Shown piece by piece: positions 6,571-16,143 of a DNA stretch of 20,380 nucleotides. Made by a program: the position numbers and the translations under genes. The stretch's first letter is position 1, and each line of letters opens with the position of its first letter. Below the pieces are notes generated by a model. It saw only the letters and a program-made list of their open reading frames with translations, was not told the origin of the DNA and searched no databases. Source of the DNA: Armatimonadia bacterium (lineage in GTDB: Bacteria > Armatimonadota > Zipacnadia > Zipacnadales > UBA11051); NCBI GenBank assembly GCA_039683575.1, contig JBDKRC010000095.1:1-20380 (forward strand), in the 5' to 3' direction.

Positions 6571-7929
6571 CTACAGCGTAATTCGATAGACATGCACCTC
6601 GAACGGGTCGTACGTGTCCTCGAAGGTCTTCTGCCCCTCCTTTAGCTCGTACGTCGGGCGCTCTTCGAATAGTGGTTGGACTTGCTTCAGGCCCCCTGGG
6701 AACTCGTAGGTCCCCTTTATCACCGCATTGTCCAGATTGACTGTCAGCAGCACGTAGCCGCCCTCTGGGTGCTTTTTCAGCAGGCAGCGCAGGGGCGTGT
6801 TGCTGACTGGCTGGCCCTCGGTTTTCAGGGAGTATTTGATAGCTTCGGGGGCTGTGGGGGAGAGGAGGGCCGGGGTCAGGGCTTTGAGTTCCTGGTTGAT
6901 GAAGGTCGCGGCAGTCCACAGGGCCTGGGACTCGGCGATTTCCATGGGCTTGACTGGCGTGGGCTTGGGCTGGTTGGGGCCTCCCTTGAGGTATTGGACC
7001 TGCGGGCTGGGGGACATGCCCATGACGCCGCCGTCGCGGCAGACGTAGGTGTCCCAGCAGAAGTAGATGATGCCCGTGGCGCCGTGGATGAGACCCGCGT
7101 AGACCTGGGCGCGCAGTTCCATCGGGGTGGCAAAGCGGAAGGGGAAGGCGCCGTGGGTGCGCTGGCTGAAGGTGCCGACGATCAGCCAGACGGGCTTTTG
7201 CTCCTTGTTGACGGCGGTGGCGAGCGCGACGGTCTCGGGGATGCCGCTGCGGACGCCCTCGTCGGCGATGGTGCGCGAGCGCTGCTTGCGGGTCATGATC
7301 GGGTAGTTGTCATGGCAGGCGACGTCGCCGGCGGTGTTCCATTTGGTCCACCAGGAAGTCGCGGGGGCGGTGATCCATGGTACATCGTTGATGAAGACCG
7401 CCCGGCCAGGTGCGGCGGCGTTCATTCTGGCCTTGTAGTCGAGGAACTCCTGGTACTTCCCCTCCATCTTCTCTCCCCAGAATGAGCCAGTGGGCTCGTC
7501 GCGCCAGACGTTGCCGAGCCAGTTCGGGTGGCCCTTGAGCTTCGCGGCGGCGGTGAGGTCCTGTGGCCCCATCGCCACGACCTGCAGGTTGGCCTGCTTG
7601 GCGGCTTCGAGTTGGTTCTCGAGGGGGCGCATGGGCCACGGCCACATGGTATTGATCCCGGCGTCGGTGAGGGCTTTGAGGTCGTAGTTGACGCCGTAGA
7701 TCTCGCCATAGGGGTTGCCCCAAATGCCGATCTGGAAGAACGAGCGGTTTGGGTCGTAGGTTGTGAGGAGGTTGCCGTTCTTGTCGGTGTGGGGGACGCC
7801 GTGGCGGTAGATGCTCTGGACGGCGTTGAAGTCGGAGGAGGCCTTGAGGAGGGCGTCGAGGTTTTGGGCGTGGAGGGGGGTGAGGAGGAGGAGGGCGACT
7901 AGCACGTCCAAGTAGGTTAGCGGTTTCAC
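6571..7929 (-). CDS. Secreted hypothetical protein with glycoside-hydrolase-like (TIM-barrel) domain
   Basis: Signal peptide ending LHA-Q. Motifs FFQIGIW, WRDEP, DVACHDNYP, PVWLIV, LIHGATGIIYF and YVLLTVN resemble GH-like proteins. GTG 7929 has GAGG upstream; ATG 7944 is an alternative. Confidence 0.8.
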   Translation of the reverse strand: MKPLTYLDVLVALLLLTPLHAQNLDALLKASSDFNAVQSIYRHGVPHTDKNGNLLTTYDPNRSFFQIGIWGNPYGEIYGVNYDLKALTDAGINTMWPWPMRPLENQLEAAKQANLQVVAMGPQDLTAAAKLKGHPNWLGNVWRDEPTGSFWGEKMEGKYQEFLDYKARMNAAAPGRAVFINDVPWITAPATSWWTKWNTAGDVACHDNYPIMTRKQRSRTIADEGVRSGIPETVALATAVNKEQKPVWLIVGTFSQRTHGAFPFRFATPMELRAQVYAGLIHGATGIIYFCWDTYVCRDGGVMGMSPSPQVQYLKGGPNQPKPTPVKPMEIAESQALWTAATFINQELKALTPALLSPTAPEAIKYSLKTEGQPVSNTPLRCLLKKHPEGGYVLLTVNLDNAVIKGTYEFPGGLKQVQPLFEERPTYELKEGQKTFEDTYDPFEVHVYRITL

Positions 7930-7972
7930 TGGAATTCGCCTCATGAAGGTATTACCGTTCATCCAGAACGAT

Positions 7973-9016
7973 TCATGGCGCCTGCGATGTGTCCCAAAGG
8001 TGCTTGTCGAGCTCCAAACGGTAGTATCGAGTTCCATCTATGGTGACACGGAGGAAGAAGAACGCAGTGTCGTCGTGATCCCATTGGAGCGGGAATAGGT
8101 GGAAGCTCTCGGCATCATCCCACGCAACCAGACTGGCCCGTCGCGTGGCGAGATTGAGGAGCCAGAGGGCCTCTGGGAGGTAGTTGTCAGGCAGATAGCT
8201 CTCGAAAAGCAGCAACTTGCCGCTTGGCGATGGTAGCAGTTCTCCCCACCCTGCCGCTTTGGCGTAGGCAATAGGGCCGTGGCGTTTCATCCGTCTCTGT
8301 AGGCGAGGTGGGTAGCGTACGGGCGGTCTTCTGTATAGCACCTGCCACTTCAGGCTAGGCAGCAATACGCTCCATATGGCTTCGGATTGGCCGTAGCTCT
8401 TGGCGAACAGCATCCGGCTATCGGCATTCGGCGGCCCGACCAGGAAGAAGACGTCGTTCAGCACTGGCCCCTCTCTAGTTGACAGTGCCACTTTCTTCCG
8501 CTCCTCGGAGAACGCAAGGCAGACGAGGGTGGGACGCGCCACGCCCTCGCGAGGGTGAATTATGACGTTTCTGCTGTCAGGCGTCCAAGTGGCAGTCACT
8601 TCCACGCCGGGGGGGACGGACGCGCCAAAGCTCTGCGTTTGCTGGCCTCTGGCGGTCACCTTCAGGCGGATATGTGCGGAAGTGGGGCGCACTTCGTAAG
8701 CTACTGCCACCAGGCCGTCTGGAGAGCGTGTGGTCCGGCACATGCCTTTCGATGTGGCGTCCTCTTGGCTTGCATCCTCAGATTCGTCAATCGCAGGTCC
8801 CTCCGCAGTAGCTTGTGAGACGGGCGTAACGGTGCCGAGGCCCTGAGGCACAATTGTGGAGTCTGGCGCCTTTCGGGCAGAGGGACCACATCCCGCAACA
8901 AGCATAATCATCAGCAGGCTGAGATACGCTGCTCTACCTGCTATTACTTCGCCACTCGTGCTTGGTGACCCAAATCTGCGCCGATGAAGCTCATCGTAAC
9001 CGCCGCCGTTCAGCAT
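7973..9016 (-). CDS. Hypothetical lipoprotein with TolB/PD40-like beta-propeller repeats
   Basis: Lipobox LVAG-C after a hydrophobic stretch. SPDG, WTPDS and PSPSGK turns. Lower GC and unskewed codons. Start uncertain. Confidence 0.7.
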   Translation of the reverse strand: MLNGGGYDELHRRRFGSPSTSGEVIAGRAAYLSLLMIMLVAGCGPSARKAPDSTIVPQGLGTVTPVSQATAEGPAIDESEDASQEDATSKGMCRTTRSPDGLVAVAYEVRPTSAHIRLKVTARGQQTQSFGASVPPGVEVTATWTPDSRNVIIHPREGVARPTLVCLAFSEERKKVALSTREGPVLNDVFFLVGPPNADSRMLFAKSYGQSEAIWSVLLPSLKWQVLYRRPPVRYPPRLQRRMKRHGPIAYAKAAGWGELLPSPSGKLLLFESYLPDNYLPEALWLLNLATRRASLVAWDDAESFHLFPLQWDHDDTAFFFLRVTIDGTRYYRLELDKHLWDTSQAP

Positions 9017-9061
9017 GCTGTCACCGCCTCTCAGGGCAACTCCTATCGTTTCCTTCCTAGG

Positions 9062-10051
9062 CTATACGCGCTCCGGGCGTTTGGTTTCTGCGGATTTGTA
9101 GGCGGCTTCTACTATGCGCTGGATGTTGTAGGCTTCTTCGGCGCCTGCTATGGGAGAGGCCTTGGTGTCTATCAGGTGCAGGAAGTGCTCGAACTGCGGC
9201 GCCAACAGGTTGCTCTCCGGGGCGAACTGGATTACCTCGGCGTCGCAGGTGTTGCCCTTGTGGAGTTTGAGGCAGGTGTCGGTGATGTCTAAGGAGGCGT
9301 CCGTGCCGTGGAGGTAGACCTGGCGGGCGGGGGGGAGGCAGATGAAGCAGCAGACCACGCCTGCGATGCTGCCGTCGGCGTATTCGAGGGTTAGAAGCGC
9401 CCGGTCGTCCACGTCGTAATCCCCCGCGAAGGCGTTCCCCTTGCCGGTTGAGCAGTAGACGGTTTCCGGCATTCCCCTGAGCCACGTCAGCAAGTCGAGA
9501 ATGTGCCACCCGGAGTCGATGATGGCGGTGCCGCCGGATTTGGCCCGGTCGCCGCGCCAGCTCCACGTGTTGTTGATGGCCCCGCCCCAGCGGTATGTGA
9601 TGATCGCGCGGGAGAGGAAGATGTTGCCGAGGACGCCAGTGTCCACGATCTGCTTGGCGCGCTGGTAGCCGGTTGAGTATTTGCCCTGCCCGGCGACCAT
9701 CAGGATGGCCTCGGAGCCCCGGGCGGCTTCGAGCATGACTTCGGCGTCGGCGAGGTCGCGGGCGAAGGGCTTTTCCTTGAGGACATGAATCCCACGACCG
9801 AGGGCGGTGTTGACGACCTCGGGGTAGAGGTGATGGGGCAGGATGATGACGGCGGCGTCCACCTCGGCGGGGTCGAGGGCATCCTGCCAGTTGGCACAGG
9901 TGCGGACGCCCTGGGCGGCGAGAGGTTGCAGGGCGGCTTCGTTGACGTCGCAGGCGACGACTAACTCGGCGCGGGGGCTGGCGACGATGGTGTTGACGTG
10001 GCCCGCGCCCATGCCGCCGGCACCGATTACTGAGACGCGTAGTTTGTCCAT
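9062..10051 (-). CDS. Gfo/Idh/MocA family oxidoreductase, 329 aa
   Basis: VIGAGGMG, HVLKEKP, GGTAIIDSGWHILD. RBS GGAG before ATG 10051. Confidence 0.93.
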   Translation of the reverse strand: MDKLRVSVIGAGGMGAGHVNTIVASPRAELVVACDVNEAALQPLAAQGVRTCANWQDALDPAEVDAAVIILPHHLYPEVVNTALGRGIHVLKEKPFARDLADAEVMLEAARGSEAILMVAGQGKYSTGYQRAKQIVDTGVLGNIFLSRAIITYRWGGAINNTWSWRGDRAKSGGTAIIDSGWHILDLLTWLRGMPETVYCSTGKGNAFAGDYDVDDRALLTLEYADGSIAGVVCCFICLPPARQVYLHGTDASLDITDTCLKLHKGNTCDAEVIQFAPESNLLAPQFEHFLHLIDTKASPIAGAEEAYNIQRIVEAAYKSAETKRPERV

Positions 10052-10064
10052 TGTTATCTCCAGG

Positions 10065-13000
10065 TTACTGGCGGTCGACTTGATAAGCGGACCAGCCGTA
10101 TGGTTTGAGTGTGCCGGTGAAGGCTCCTGCATTGGAGGTGAGCGGGTCGCAGTCCTTCATCGGGGTGAGCTTGAGTTTGCTGCTCTTGGGCCAGCCGAAC
10201 TGGTCGGGCTGGATGGTGAGGGTGAAGTTGCCTTCCGTGGCGGATTCGGAGTTGGCGAGGACTACGATGGCGCGGTCCTGGTTCCAGTAGGTGGCCGCGC
10301 GGACGAAGGGGTTGCTGGAGCGGACGGCGGTCTGGCGGTGCCAGGGGAGGAACTGCATCGTGCCGAGATCGTTGCTGCCGCGCAGCGCGAAGAGGCGGTA
10401 CCACGGGCGGAGCTTGTCGGGGAGGTCTACCATGTCGGTCGCGCCAGTGGTCCCGGCGCTGGCCCACGGAAAGATGCCCGTGAGGGCGCAGCGGGAGAGG
10501 TATGCATCGACCAACTGCGGCGGGGGCGGGCTGCCTACTCCCTCCTGGGCGTCAGGGCCGGCCGCGCCGTAGTAGAGGAAGCTGCTGACCAGCGTGAACT
10601 GCGCGGCGTTCACGAACTCGCCCTGCGCGGGAGTGAGATGCAGCGGCAGCGGCTCAGTCGAGGGATACTCCTCGAAGATGGCGCTGACGGTGCAGAGGTC
10701 CTGGAAGAAGAGGACCGGCACCCAGCCAGTGTGGCCGCAGAAGACGCGATTCGGACCGAGGAAGTTGCGGTCCCACAGGATCATGTCGAGGACGCCGTCG
10801 GTGTTCAGGTGCGGCGTGGGGTAGTGGCGGGTGTTGACGCAAATATAGGGGTGGGTGAAGTCATGATAGAGGCCGGTAAAATTGGCGCTTTCCACGAGTT
10901 GCTTGTAGCCGGTCTTGAGCGCGTCACGAAAGCCCTCGGCCTGGGGGCAGAAGTAGTCGCCATAGCTGCTGTAGACCTTGAGCTTGCCGGGGACTTCCTC
11001 GCGGCCCCACTCTTCGTGGTTCTTCCAGATCTCAGCGGACTTGTGTACGAGTTGGAAGGGATCGAAGGGGTAGATCTTCATGCCGTATTTCGCGGCGGTC
11101 TGGACTGACTGCTGGGAGCTGGCGAGGTCAGTAAGCTTGAAGGTCCCGGGGGTGTTGCCGGCGCCGAGCATGATGTCGGTGACGCCGTAGTCAGCGCTGA
11201 ACTTGAGGAAGTCGTCGGTGCACTGGCCGTTGTCGAGGCAGGCGACGAAGTTGCGGCGCGGGAGGGTGCGCTTGACCTGCGGGAGGCTGAGGTAGCTTTC
11301 GAAGGTGAGGGTGCCGGTCAGTTCGAGGGGCTGGGAGCCCTCGGCCAGCGGCTGGATGAGCATCTGCGGGTGGCCGGTCTCGTCACCCAGGATGGCATAG
11401 CGGGCGCTCTTGGCCCGGCCGCCGAAGGCTTGCCACTGGCCCAGGTCGGCGGCGGGCAGCCAGTCTATCCCCTCGACGCCGCGCTGGAAGAGGCACAGGT
11501 ACTGAGAGAAGGAGGGCTCGTCGAAGGCCGCAGGGCCGGGGAAGACGGCTCGGGACCAAGTGGTGCGCTCCTTCTCCTGCCGGAAGGCGCATTCGTCCAG
11601 GGTGGGTTGGAGGGTCATGCTGCCGACGGAGAGGCCGGTGCACGCGATCTTCCTATCGCCGAGGCTGTAGCGGCAGGTGCGCCGGACGAGCATGGGGCGG
11701 TACTCGTAGAGGTGCTCAAAGGGGCAGAGCGCGTCGGAGCCGTTCATGAGGCGGCCGGTAACGCTGAGTTTGACGAGGGTCGGGGTGTTCTGGATGATCT
11801 CGATCTTCGCGGTCTTGTCGGCGACGTCGGCGTAAGGGCGGCCGGCGATGAGACGGGTTGCGACGGGCTCGACGAGGATGTTGCGGGCGTTGCCGTTGGT
11901 GTAGCGAACGTCGGTGATGGCGCCGCCGCGGGTCTTGTCGTGGATGACGGTCCACCAGGGGGTGCTGACGGTCACCGACGCTTTGTCCTCGCGAACCTGC
12001 AGGCCGCCGTAGGGGCCGGGGAGGGTGTTGTCGGGCTTGGCCGCGCGGCTGGCGATGGGATCGAGCGTGGGCGCGAAGTGGCGGGAGTGGAAGAGGGCGA
12101 GGTTGCCGACGGGAACGGTAACGGCGAGTTCGGCCTGGCCCTGGGCGCTGGCGCTGAGCTTGAGTTTCGAAGGCTGAGAGGCGGTCAGCGTCACGCGCTC
12201 CTGGGCGTTCGGCTGGAAGGAGACCTTCATTCCGGGGCCGATGGGGATCTCGGGGAGGTCCGAACCGAGACGTAGCGGAGCCTTCTGGGTTCCTGTGACG
12301 GTAAGGGCGCGGCCGCAGAGATGCTCGGGCAGGCGCATGGTGAGTGTGGTCGGAGCAGTGAGTTGGACTTCGCCACAGACGCCCTCGGGCTCCTCGCTCC
12401 ACCGCCATTGCGCCGGGACGGGCTTGCCATCCTGGCGGAGGGTCACGTCATTGAGGATTGGCATGCCGCCGGTCCGCATGGCGAAGGCGCCGTTGACCGG
12501 GTCTTCAGCGACATCAACCGTGCCGACGCGGCGGGCCGGGAGTTTGTCTACCCAAATCGTGAGGTCCATGCCCTCGGTTTTGTTGTCAGGGGCCTGGAAC
12601 CAGAGGCCTCGGAAGTAGATTTCGAAGCGGTAGCCGGAGACTTCGAGTGGCTGATTGAGGCGGATGGTCATCTGCTCGCCGCGGGAGAGCATGGGGACAA
12701 CGATCTCGGTGCCGGCGGGGAAGAGGCCGAGCTTGCGGTAGGGGCCGAGGCCGGATTCTGTTTCGCGCGGGGGCATGCCGAAGTAGAGTCCGAGGCCGCC
12801 GTCATCGCGCTTGATAGCGCCGTCGGGGGTACGGATGAAGTACGGGACGCGCTCTTGTTCGAGCCACTGGGCGACGTACATGAGCAGGCGGAGGCGGCGC
12901 GCGCCCTGGGCGAGGGTGCGGTGGGCGGTGAAGTGGAATTCGTCGCGGGTGGGGCTGGCGCTGCGGGCGTCGAGATGCTCCTGCCAGTCGTTGACGATGG

Positions 13001-13940
13001 GGCCCTGGCCCTCAACGGCGTATTTGCTGCCGGGGGTGGACTTGGCGAGGTGCAGGCCGCCCCAGGCGCGGGACTTGCCCTTGCCGACCTGGACCTGGTG
13101 CACGTCGTCTTCGTTGAGGCTGAGTTGCTGGATGAGCAGGCCCTGGTCGGTGCGGAGGTTGTAGACGACGCCACCAGTGCCACTGACACCGAAGCGGCTG
13201 AGGGGGAGGGTGCCGTAGACGGATTTGACCCAGCTCGCGGCGTCGCCGAGGGGAATGGCTTCAAAGCGCATGGAGGCCTCGACGCGCTCGCCCTGCTTGA
13301 GGGGCTTGCCATCCTGCAGGATGGCAGTGTAGAGCGCGTTTTCGGCGCTGATCTTGACGCTGGACTGCAGAGCCTTGACGAAGACGGTGCGGGCGTCGCG
13401 CATGCCGACGTTGCGCCAGACTATGGACTTGGCGCCGGGGATGGTGACCGGCGCAGCAGGCGGGAAGACGTACTGCTGGGGGGCATCCGCGCCTTCGATC
13501 TCGAAGGTGAAGCCCTTGAGGTTCGCAAGCTGCGGGCCGGCGGTGATGCGGATGTCGGCTTTGGGGAGGTCGCGCAGGGCCTCGGCGGTGTAGGTGAGGG
13601 TGAGGCCCTGGGGCTCGGCCAGGATGGTTTCGGTGAACGCGATGTCCGGCGTGAGACGACCGGTGATGACGATCTTGCGGCCGTCAGGGAGAGGGCTGAC
13701 GGTGGCGTTGAGATAGGACAGGGCCTCCTGTTTGTACTGTGGGACGCCGTTGACGTTGAGGCAGATGCAGCCGGGAAGCCATGAGCCGCCGATGTTCACT
13801 GCGAAATGGCCGGGGGAGTAGACCTGCAGGCGGTAGTTGGGGGTTTCCCACTTGATGGCGCCGATGGACTGGGATTTCTCGTTCTGGGCAGCGGCGGCGG
13901 TGAGGGTAAGTGCGGCGAGCAGGAGGCAGATGAGGCGCAT
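10065..13940 (-). CDS. Large secreted multidomain protein (1291 aa) with C-terminal glycoside-hydrolase-like domain (DUF6067-like)
   Basis: Signal peptide MRLICLLLAALTLTAAAA-Q and RBS GGAG. Beta-rich N-terminal modules. C-terminal YFCP...GLYHDF...CVNTRHY...CGHTG...FEE pattern. Family assignment tentative. Confidence 0.8.
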   Translation of the reverse strand: MRLICLLLAALTLTAAAAQNEKSQSIGAIKWETPNYRLQVYSPGHFAVNIGGSWLPGCICLNVNGVPQYKQEALSYLNATVSPLPDGRKIVITGRLTPDIAFTETILAEPQGLTLTYTAEALRDLPKADIRITAGPQLANLKGFTFEIEGADAPQQYVFPPAAPVTIPGAKSIVWRNVGMRDARTVFVKALQSSVKISAENALYTAILQDGKPLKQGERVEASMRFEAIPLGDAASWVKSVYGTLPLSRFGVSGTGGVVYNLRTDQGLLIQQLSLNEDDVHQVQVGKGKSRAWGGLHLAKSTPGSKYAVEGQGPIVNDWQEHLDARSASPTRDEFHFTAHRTLAQGARRLRLLMYVAQWLEQERVPYFIRTPDGAIKRDDGGLGLYFGMPPRETESGLGPYRKLGLFPAGTEIVVPMLSRGEQMTIRLNQPLEVSGYRFEIYFRGLWFQAPDNKTEGMDLTIWVDKLPARRVGTVDVAEDPVNGAFAMRTGGMPILNDVTLRQDGKPVPAQWRWSEEPEGVCGEVQLTAPTTLTMRLPEHLCGRALTVTGTQKAPLRLGSDLPEIPIGPGMKVSFQPNAQERVTLTASQPSKLKLSASAQGQAELAVTVPVGNLALFHSRHFAPTLDPIASRAAKPDNTLPGPYGGLQVREDKASVTVSTPWWTVIHDKTRGGAITDVRYTNGNARNILVEPVATRLIAGRPYADVADKTAKIEIIQNTPTLVKLSVTGRLMNGSDALCPFEHLYEYRPMLVRRTCRYSLGDRKIACTGLSVGSMTLQPTLDECAFRQEKERTTWSRAVFPGPAAFDEPSFSQYLCLFQRGVEGIDWLPAADLGQWQAFGGRAKSARYAILGDETGHPQMLIQPLAEGSQPLELTGTLTFESYLSLPQVKRTLPRRNFVACLDNGQCTDDFLKFSADYGVTDIMLGAGNTPGTFKLTDLASSQQSVQTAAKYGMKIYPFDPFQLVHKSAEIWKNHEEWGREEVPGKLKVYSSYGDYFCPQAEGFRDALKTGYKQLVESANFTGLYHDFTHPYICVNTRHYPTPHLNTDGVLDMILWDRNFLGPNRVFCGHTGWVPVLFFQDLCTVSAIFEEYPSTEPLPLHLTPAQGEFVNAAQFTLVSSFLYYGAAGPDAQEGVGSPPPPQLVDAYLSRCALTGIFPWASAGTTGATDMVDLPDKLRPWYRLFALRGSNDLGTMQFLPWHRQTAVRSSNPFVRAATYWNQDRAIVVLANSESATEGNFTLTIQPDQFGWPKSSKLKLTPMKDCDPLTSNAGAFTGTLKPYGWSAYQVDRQ

Positions 13941-14033
13941 CGAGAAGCTCCTTCGGAATCAGCCTGATAGCACTGAGGTAATGCCCCGTCGGGTGGCGAA
14001 TATCCTTTGTCAACAAGGGCAATGGAGGGACAC

Positions 14034-15014
14034 ATGGACCGCCTGAAGGTGCTTGTCGTCGGCTGTGGGTCTATCGGCAAGCGGCACGCACGGCTGCTTA
14101 ATGAGCGCGAAGACGTGGAACTGTGGGTGTGCGATCCGCTGCGGGAGAATGTGGAGGCGGCGCTGCGCGAGGCGCCGGGGGCGCGGGCGTTTGCGGACTA
14201 TTCCGAGGCGCTGGCGGCGGGGGCCCAGGTGGTGTTCATCTGCACGCCCAATCACCTGCACCGGCCGATGTGCGAGCAGGCGTTTGCGGCGGGGTGCGAG
14301 GTGTTCTGTGAGAAGCCGCTGGCTGATACCGCGGAGAATGCGCGGGCGATGGCCCGGGCGGCGGGAGAGGCGGGTCGGCTTCTGCAGGTAGGGTATGTGC
14401 TGCGGATGTACCCGGCGATGCGGCGGTTGCGGGAGATGGCCGAGGAGCGGTACCTGGGGACGCTGGTGGGAGGACGGGCGCTGGCGGGGAGCTATTTCAC
14501 ACTGATGTGTGCGACCACGCCGTACCGGATGACTGAGAAGAACGCGCTGATCGTGGATTACACGCACCAGCTTGACTATATGCGCATGTTCTTTGGGGAC
14601 CTGGAGAGCGTGTTCGCTTACTCGGCGACGCTGGGGGACCTGCCGATGAAGCCAGAGCCAAACATGTTCGATATCTCACTGCGGTACCAGAGCGGGGCTC
14701 TGGTGCAGGTGCATCTGGACTATGTGCAGCACCCGCAGCGGCACTTCATCGAGCTGTTCGGGGACCGGCGGGTGGCGCAGTATGACTTTGAGACCACGGA
14801 ACTGCGGGTTTGGGACCGGGAGGAGAAGGGGTATCACGCCGAATTCATGCTGACGATCCGCGATGAGGTGTTCAAGGAGCATCACGAGGTGTTCCTGCAG
14901 GCGGTGCGGCAGGGTGGGGAGGCGACAATCACGGCTGAGGACGGCGTGGCGGCACTGGTGGCGGCGGAGGCGTGCGTGAAGTCGGCGGAGGTGGGGGAGA
15001 TGGTGAGGGTGTGA
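14034..15014 (+). CDS. Gfo/Idh/MocA family oxidoreductase, 326 aa
   Basis: VVGCGSIGKRH, ICTPNHLH, VFCEKPLA, DYTHQLD. RBS GGAGGG before ATG 14034. Confidence 0.93.
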   Translation: MDRLKVLVVGCGSIGKRHARLLNEREDVELWVCDPLRENVEAALREAPGARAFADYSEALAAGAQVVFICTPNHLHRPMCEQAFAAGCEVFCEKPLADTAENARAMARAAGEAGRLLQVGYVLRMYPAMRRLREMAEERYLGTLVGGRALAGSYFTLMCATTPYRMTEKNALIVDYTHQLDYMRMFFGDLESVFAYSATLGDLPMKPEPNMFDISLRYQSGALVQVHLDYVQHPQRHFIELFGDRRVAQYDFETTELRVWDREEKGYHAEFMLTIRDEVFKEHHEVFLQAVRQGGEATITAEDGVAALVAAEACVKSAEVGEMVRV

Positions 15015-15026
15015 GGTCAAAGTCCA

Positions 15027-15149
15027 GTAGGGCAGGCGGCTCGCCTGCCAGACGCGGGCGAGCCGCCCGCACCACTGGATTTACCACCGATGCGGACGAG
15101 CCGCCCGCGCTACTGATTGCCATGGATTCGGGCGAGCCGCATGCGCCAC
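15027..15149. repeat. Cluster of four GTAG/GTGG-type REP palindromes (inverted doublet plus two tandem copies)
   Basis: +15027-15049 GTAGGGCAGGCGGCTCGCCTGCC. Minus-strand copies at 15054-15075 GTGGTGCGGGCGGCTCGCCCGC, 15092-15113 GTAGCGCGGGCGGCTCGTCCGC and 15128-15149 GTGGCGCATGCGGCTCGCCCGA. Confidence 0.85.
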
Positions 15150-15154
15150 TGTAG

Positions 15155-15934
15155 CTATTTGCCGCCGAGTCTGGCCATCACCATCATTGACTGCGGGAAG
15201 CACTTGTGTTTGCGGAGGCGGGGCTCTTTCTGGCAGGCCTTTTCAGTGGGTTCAGGTTCGAGGAGGCGCTCGAGGCAGAAGCCGTTCGGGGCGAGGGGGT
15301 TGAAGTATTCGGTGAGGGTGCGGGAGAAGACGGGGACGGTGAAGGGCTCCCGTTCGTACCCGGGGGCAGCGCCGAAGGACCATTCGACCACGCGGGGTGA
15401 CTGGCGGTAGGGGCCGGTGACGAGTTCGCAGGCGTTGCCATCCTCGTCGCGGTGCCATTCGCGGGGATCGTTGGCGAAGCAGGGATGGGTGACGCTGAAG
15501 GCGAGAGTGCCGCCGGGACGCAGGACGCGGGCGAACTCGGCAATGGCGCCATTGTAGTCCGCGCAGTCCATGAGGGCCATGGTCGAGACGATCATGTCGA
15601 AGCTGTCGGCGGTGAAGAGGCTGAGGTCATTGACTGAGCTGACCTCGTAGCGGATGCCGAGGGGCTCGCGGGCCTCTTCATCGCGGGCGAGTTCGATCAT
15701 CTGCTCCGAGACGTCCACGCCGGTGAGGTTGGCGCCGGAGCGGGCGAAGATGCGGGTGTTGTAGCCCTCGCCGCAGCCGGCGTCCAGGACGGTCCTGCCG
15801 CTGATGTCACCGATGAAGGCAACAAAGGCGGGGGTGTTGTAGTACTCACGATAGGTATCATAGCCGGCGCGGACCTGGCGGGCCCAGAGGTGGGCGTTGC
15901 GGTCCCAATAGCTTCCTACTACGTCGTCGTTCAT
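15155..15934 (-). CDS. Class I SAM-dependent methyltransferase
   Basis: VLDAGCGEG, GVDVSEQMI, FDMIVS, RVLRPGG, SVTHPCF. Confidence 0.93.
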   Translation of the reverse strand: MNDDVVGSYWDRNAHLWARQVRAGYDTYREYYNTPAFVAFIGDISGRTVLDAGCGEGYNTRIFARSGANLTGVDVSEQMIELARDEEAREPLGIRYEVSSVNDLSLFTADSFDMIVSTMALMDCADYNGAIAEFARVLRPGGTLAFSVTHPCFANDPREWHRDEDGNACELVTGPYRQSPRVVEWSFGAAPGYEREPFTVPVFSRTLTEYFNPLAPNGFCLERLLEPEPTEKACQKEPRLRKHKCFPQSMMVMARLGGK

Positions 15935-16143
15935 CCAGATTCCCCGTTGTTCAGAGGCGGTCCATTTTCCCGCGCACGCCGTCGTACTTCAGGCCGAAGT
16001 GCCTCGACCCAGTCACCATGCTCACGGATAGATATCCTTGCACAGTTGGCAGGTATATTCGCCTCAGCCTGCATCCACACCTGCGTAGAGCTTAGAGGCC
16101 GTCTACCGCACCACAGGCGCCTCAGCGGAATCCCCCACCCCAT
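15931..16143 (-). CDS. Possible small ORF or gene remnant coupled to the methyltransferase start
   Basis: The open frame ends in an ATGA overlap with the methyltransferase and fills an otherwise empty 170-bp gap. No recognisable motif. Confidence 0.25.
   Translation of the reverse strand: MGWGIPLRRLWCGRRPLSSTQVWMQAEANIPANCARISIREHGDWVEALRPEVRRRARENGPPLNNGESG

Noticed and set aside
9843-13784. Long + strand ORFs 9843-11108, 11370-12275 and 12321-13784
   Set aside because: Antisense shadows of real minus-strand genes; low-complexity translations caused by GC-rich codon bias.
13941-14033. Sigma70 promoter in the divergent intergenic region
   Set aside because: TTGACA is present on the minus strand (14008-14013), but there is no -10 box at 16-18 bp.
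15054-15151. CRISPR-like regularly spaced repeats
   Set aside because: Repeats are about 22 nt and degenerate, spacers only 14-16 nt, one copy is inverted and no cas genes are present; they fit REPs.
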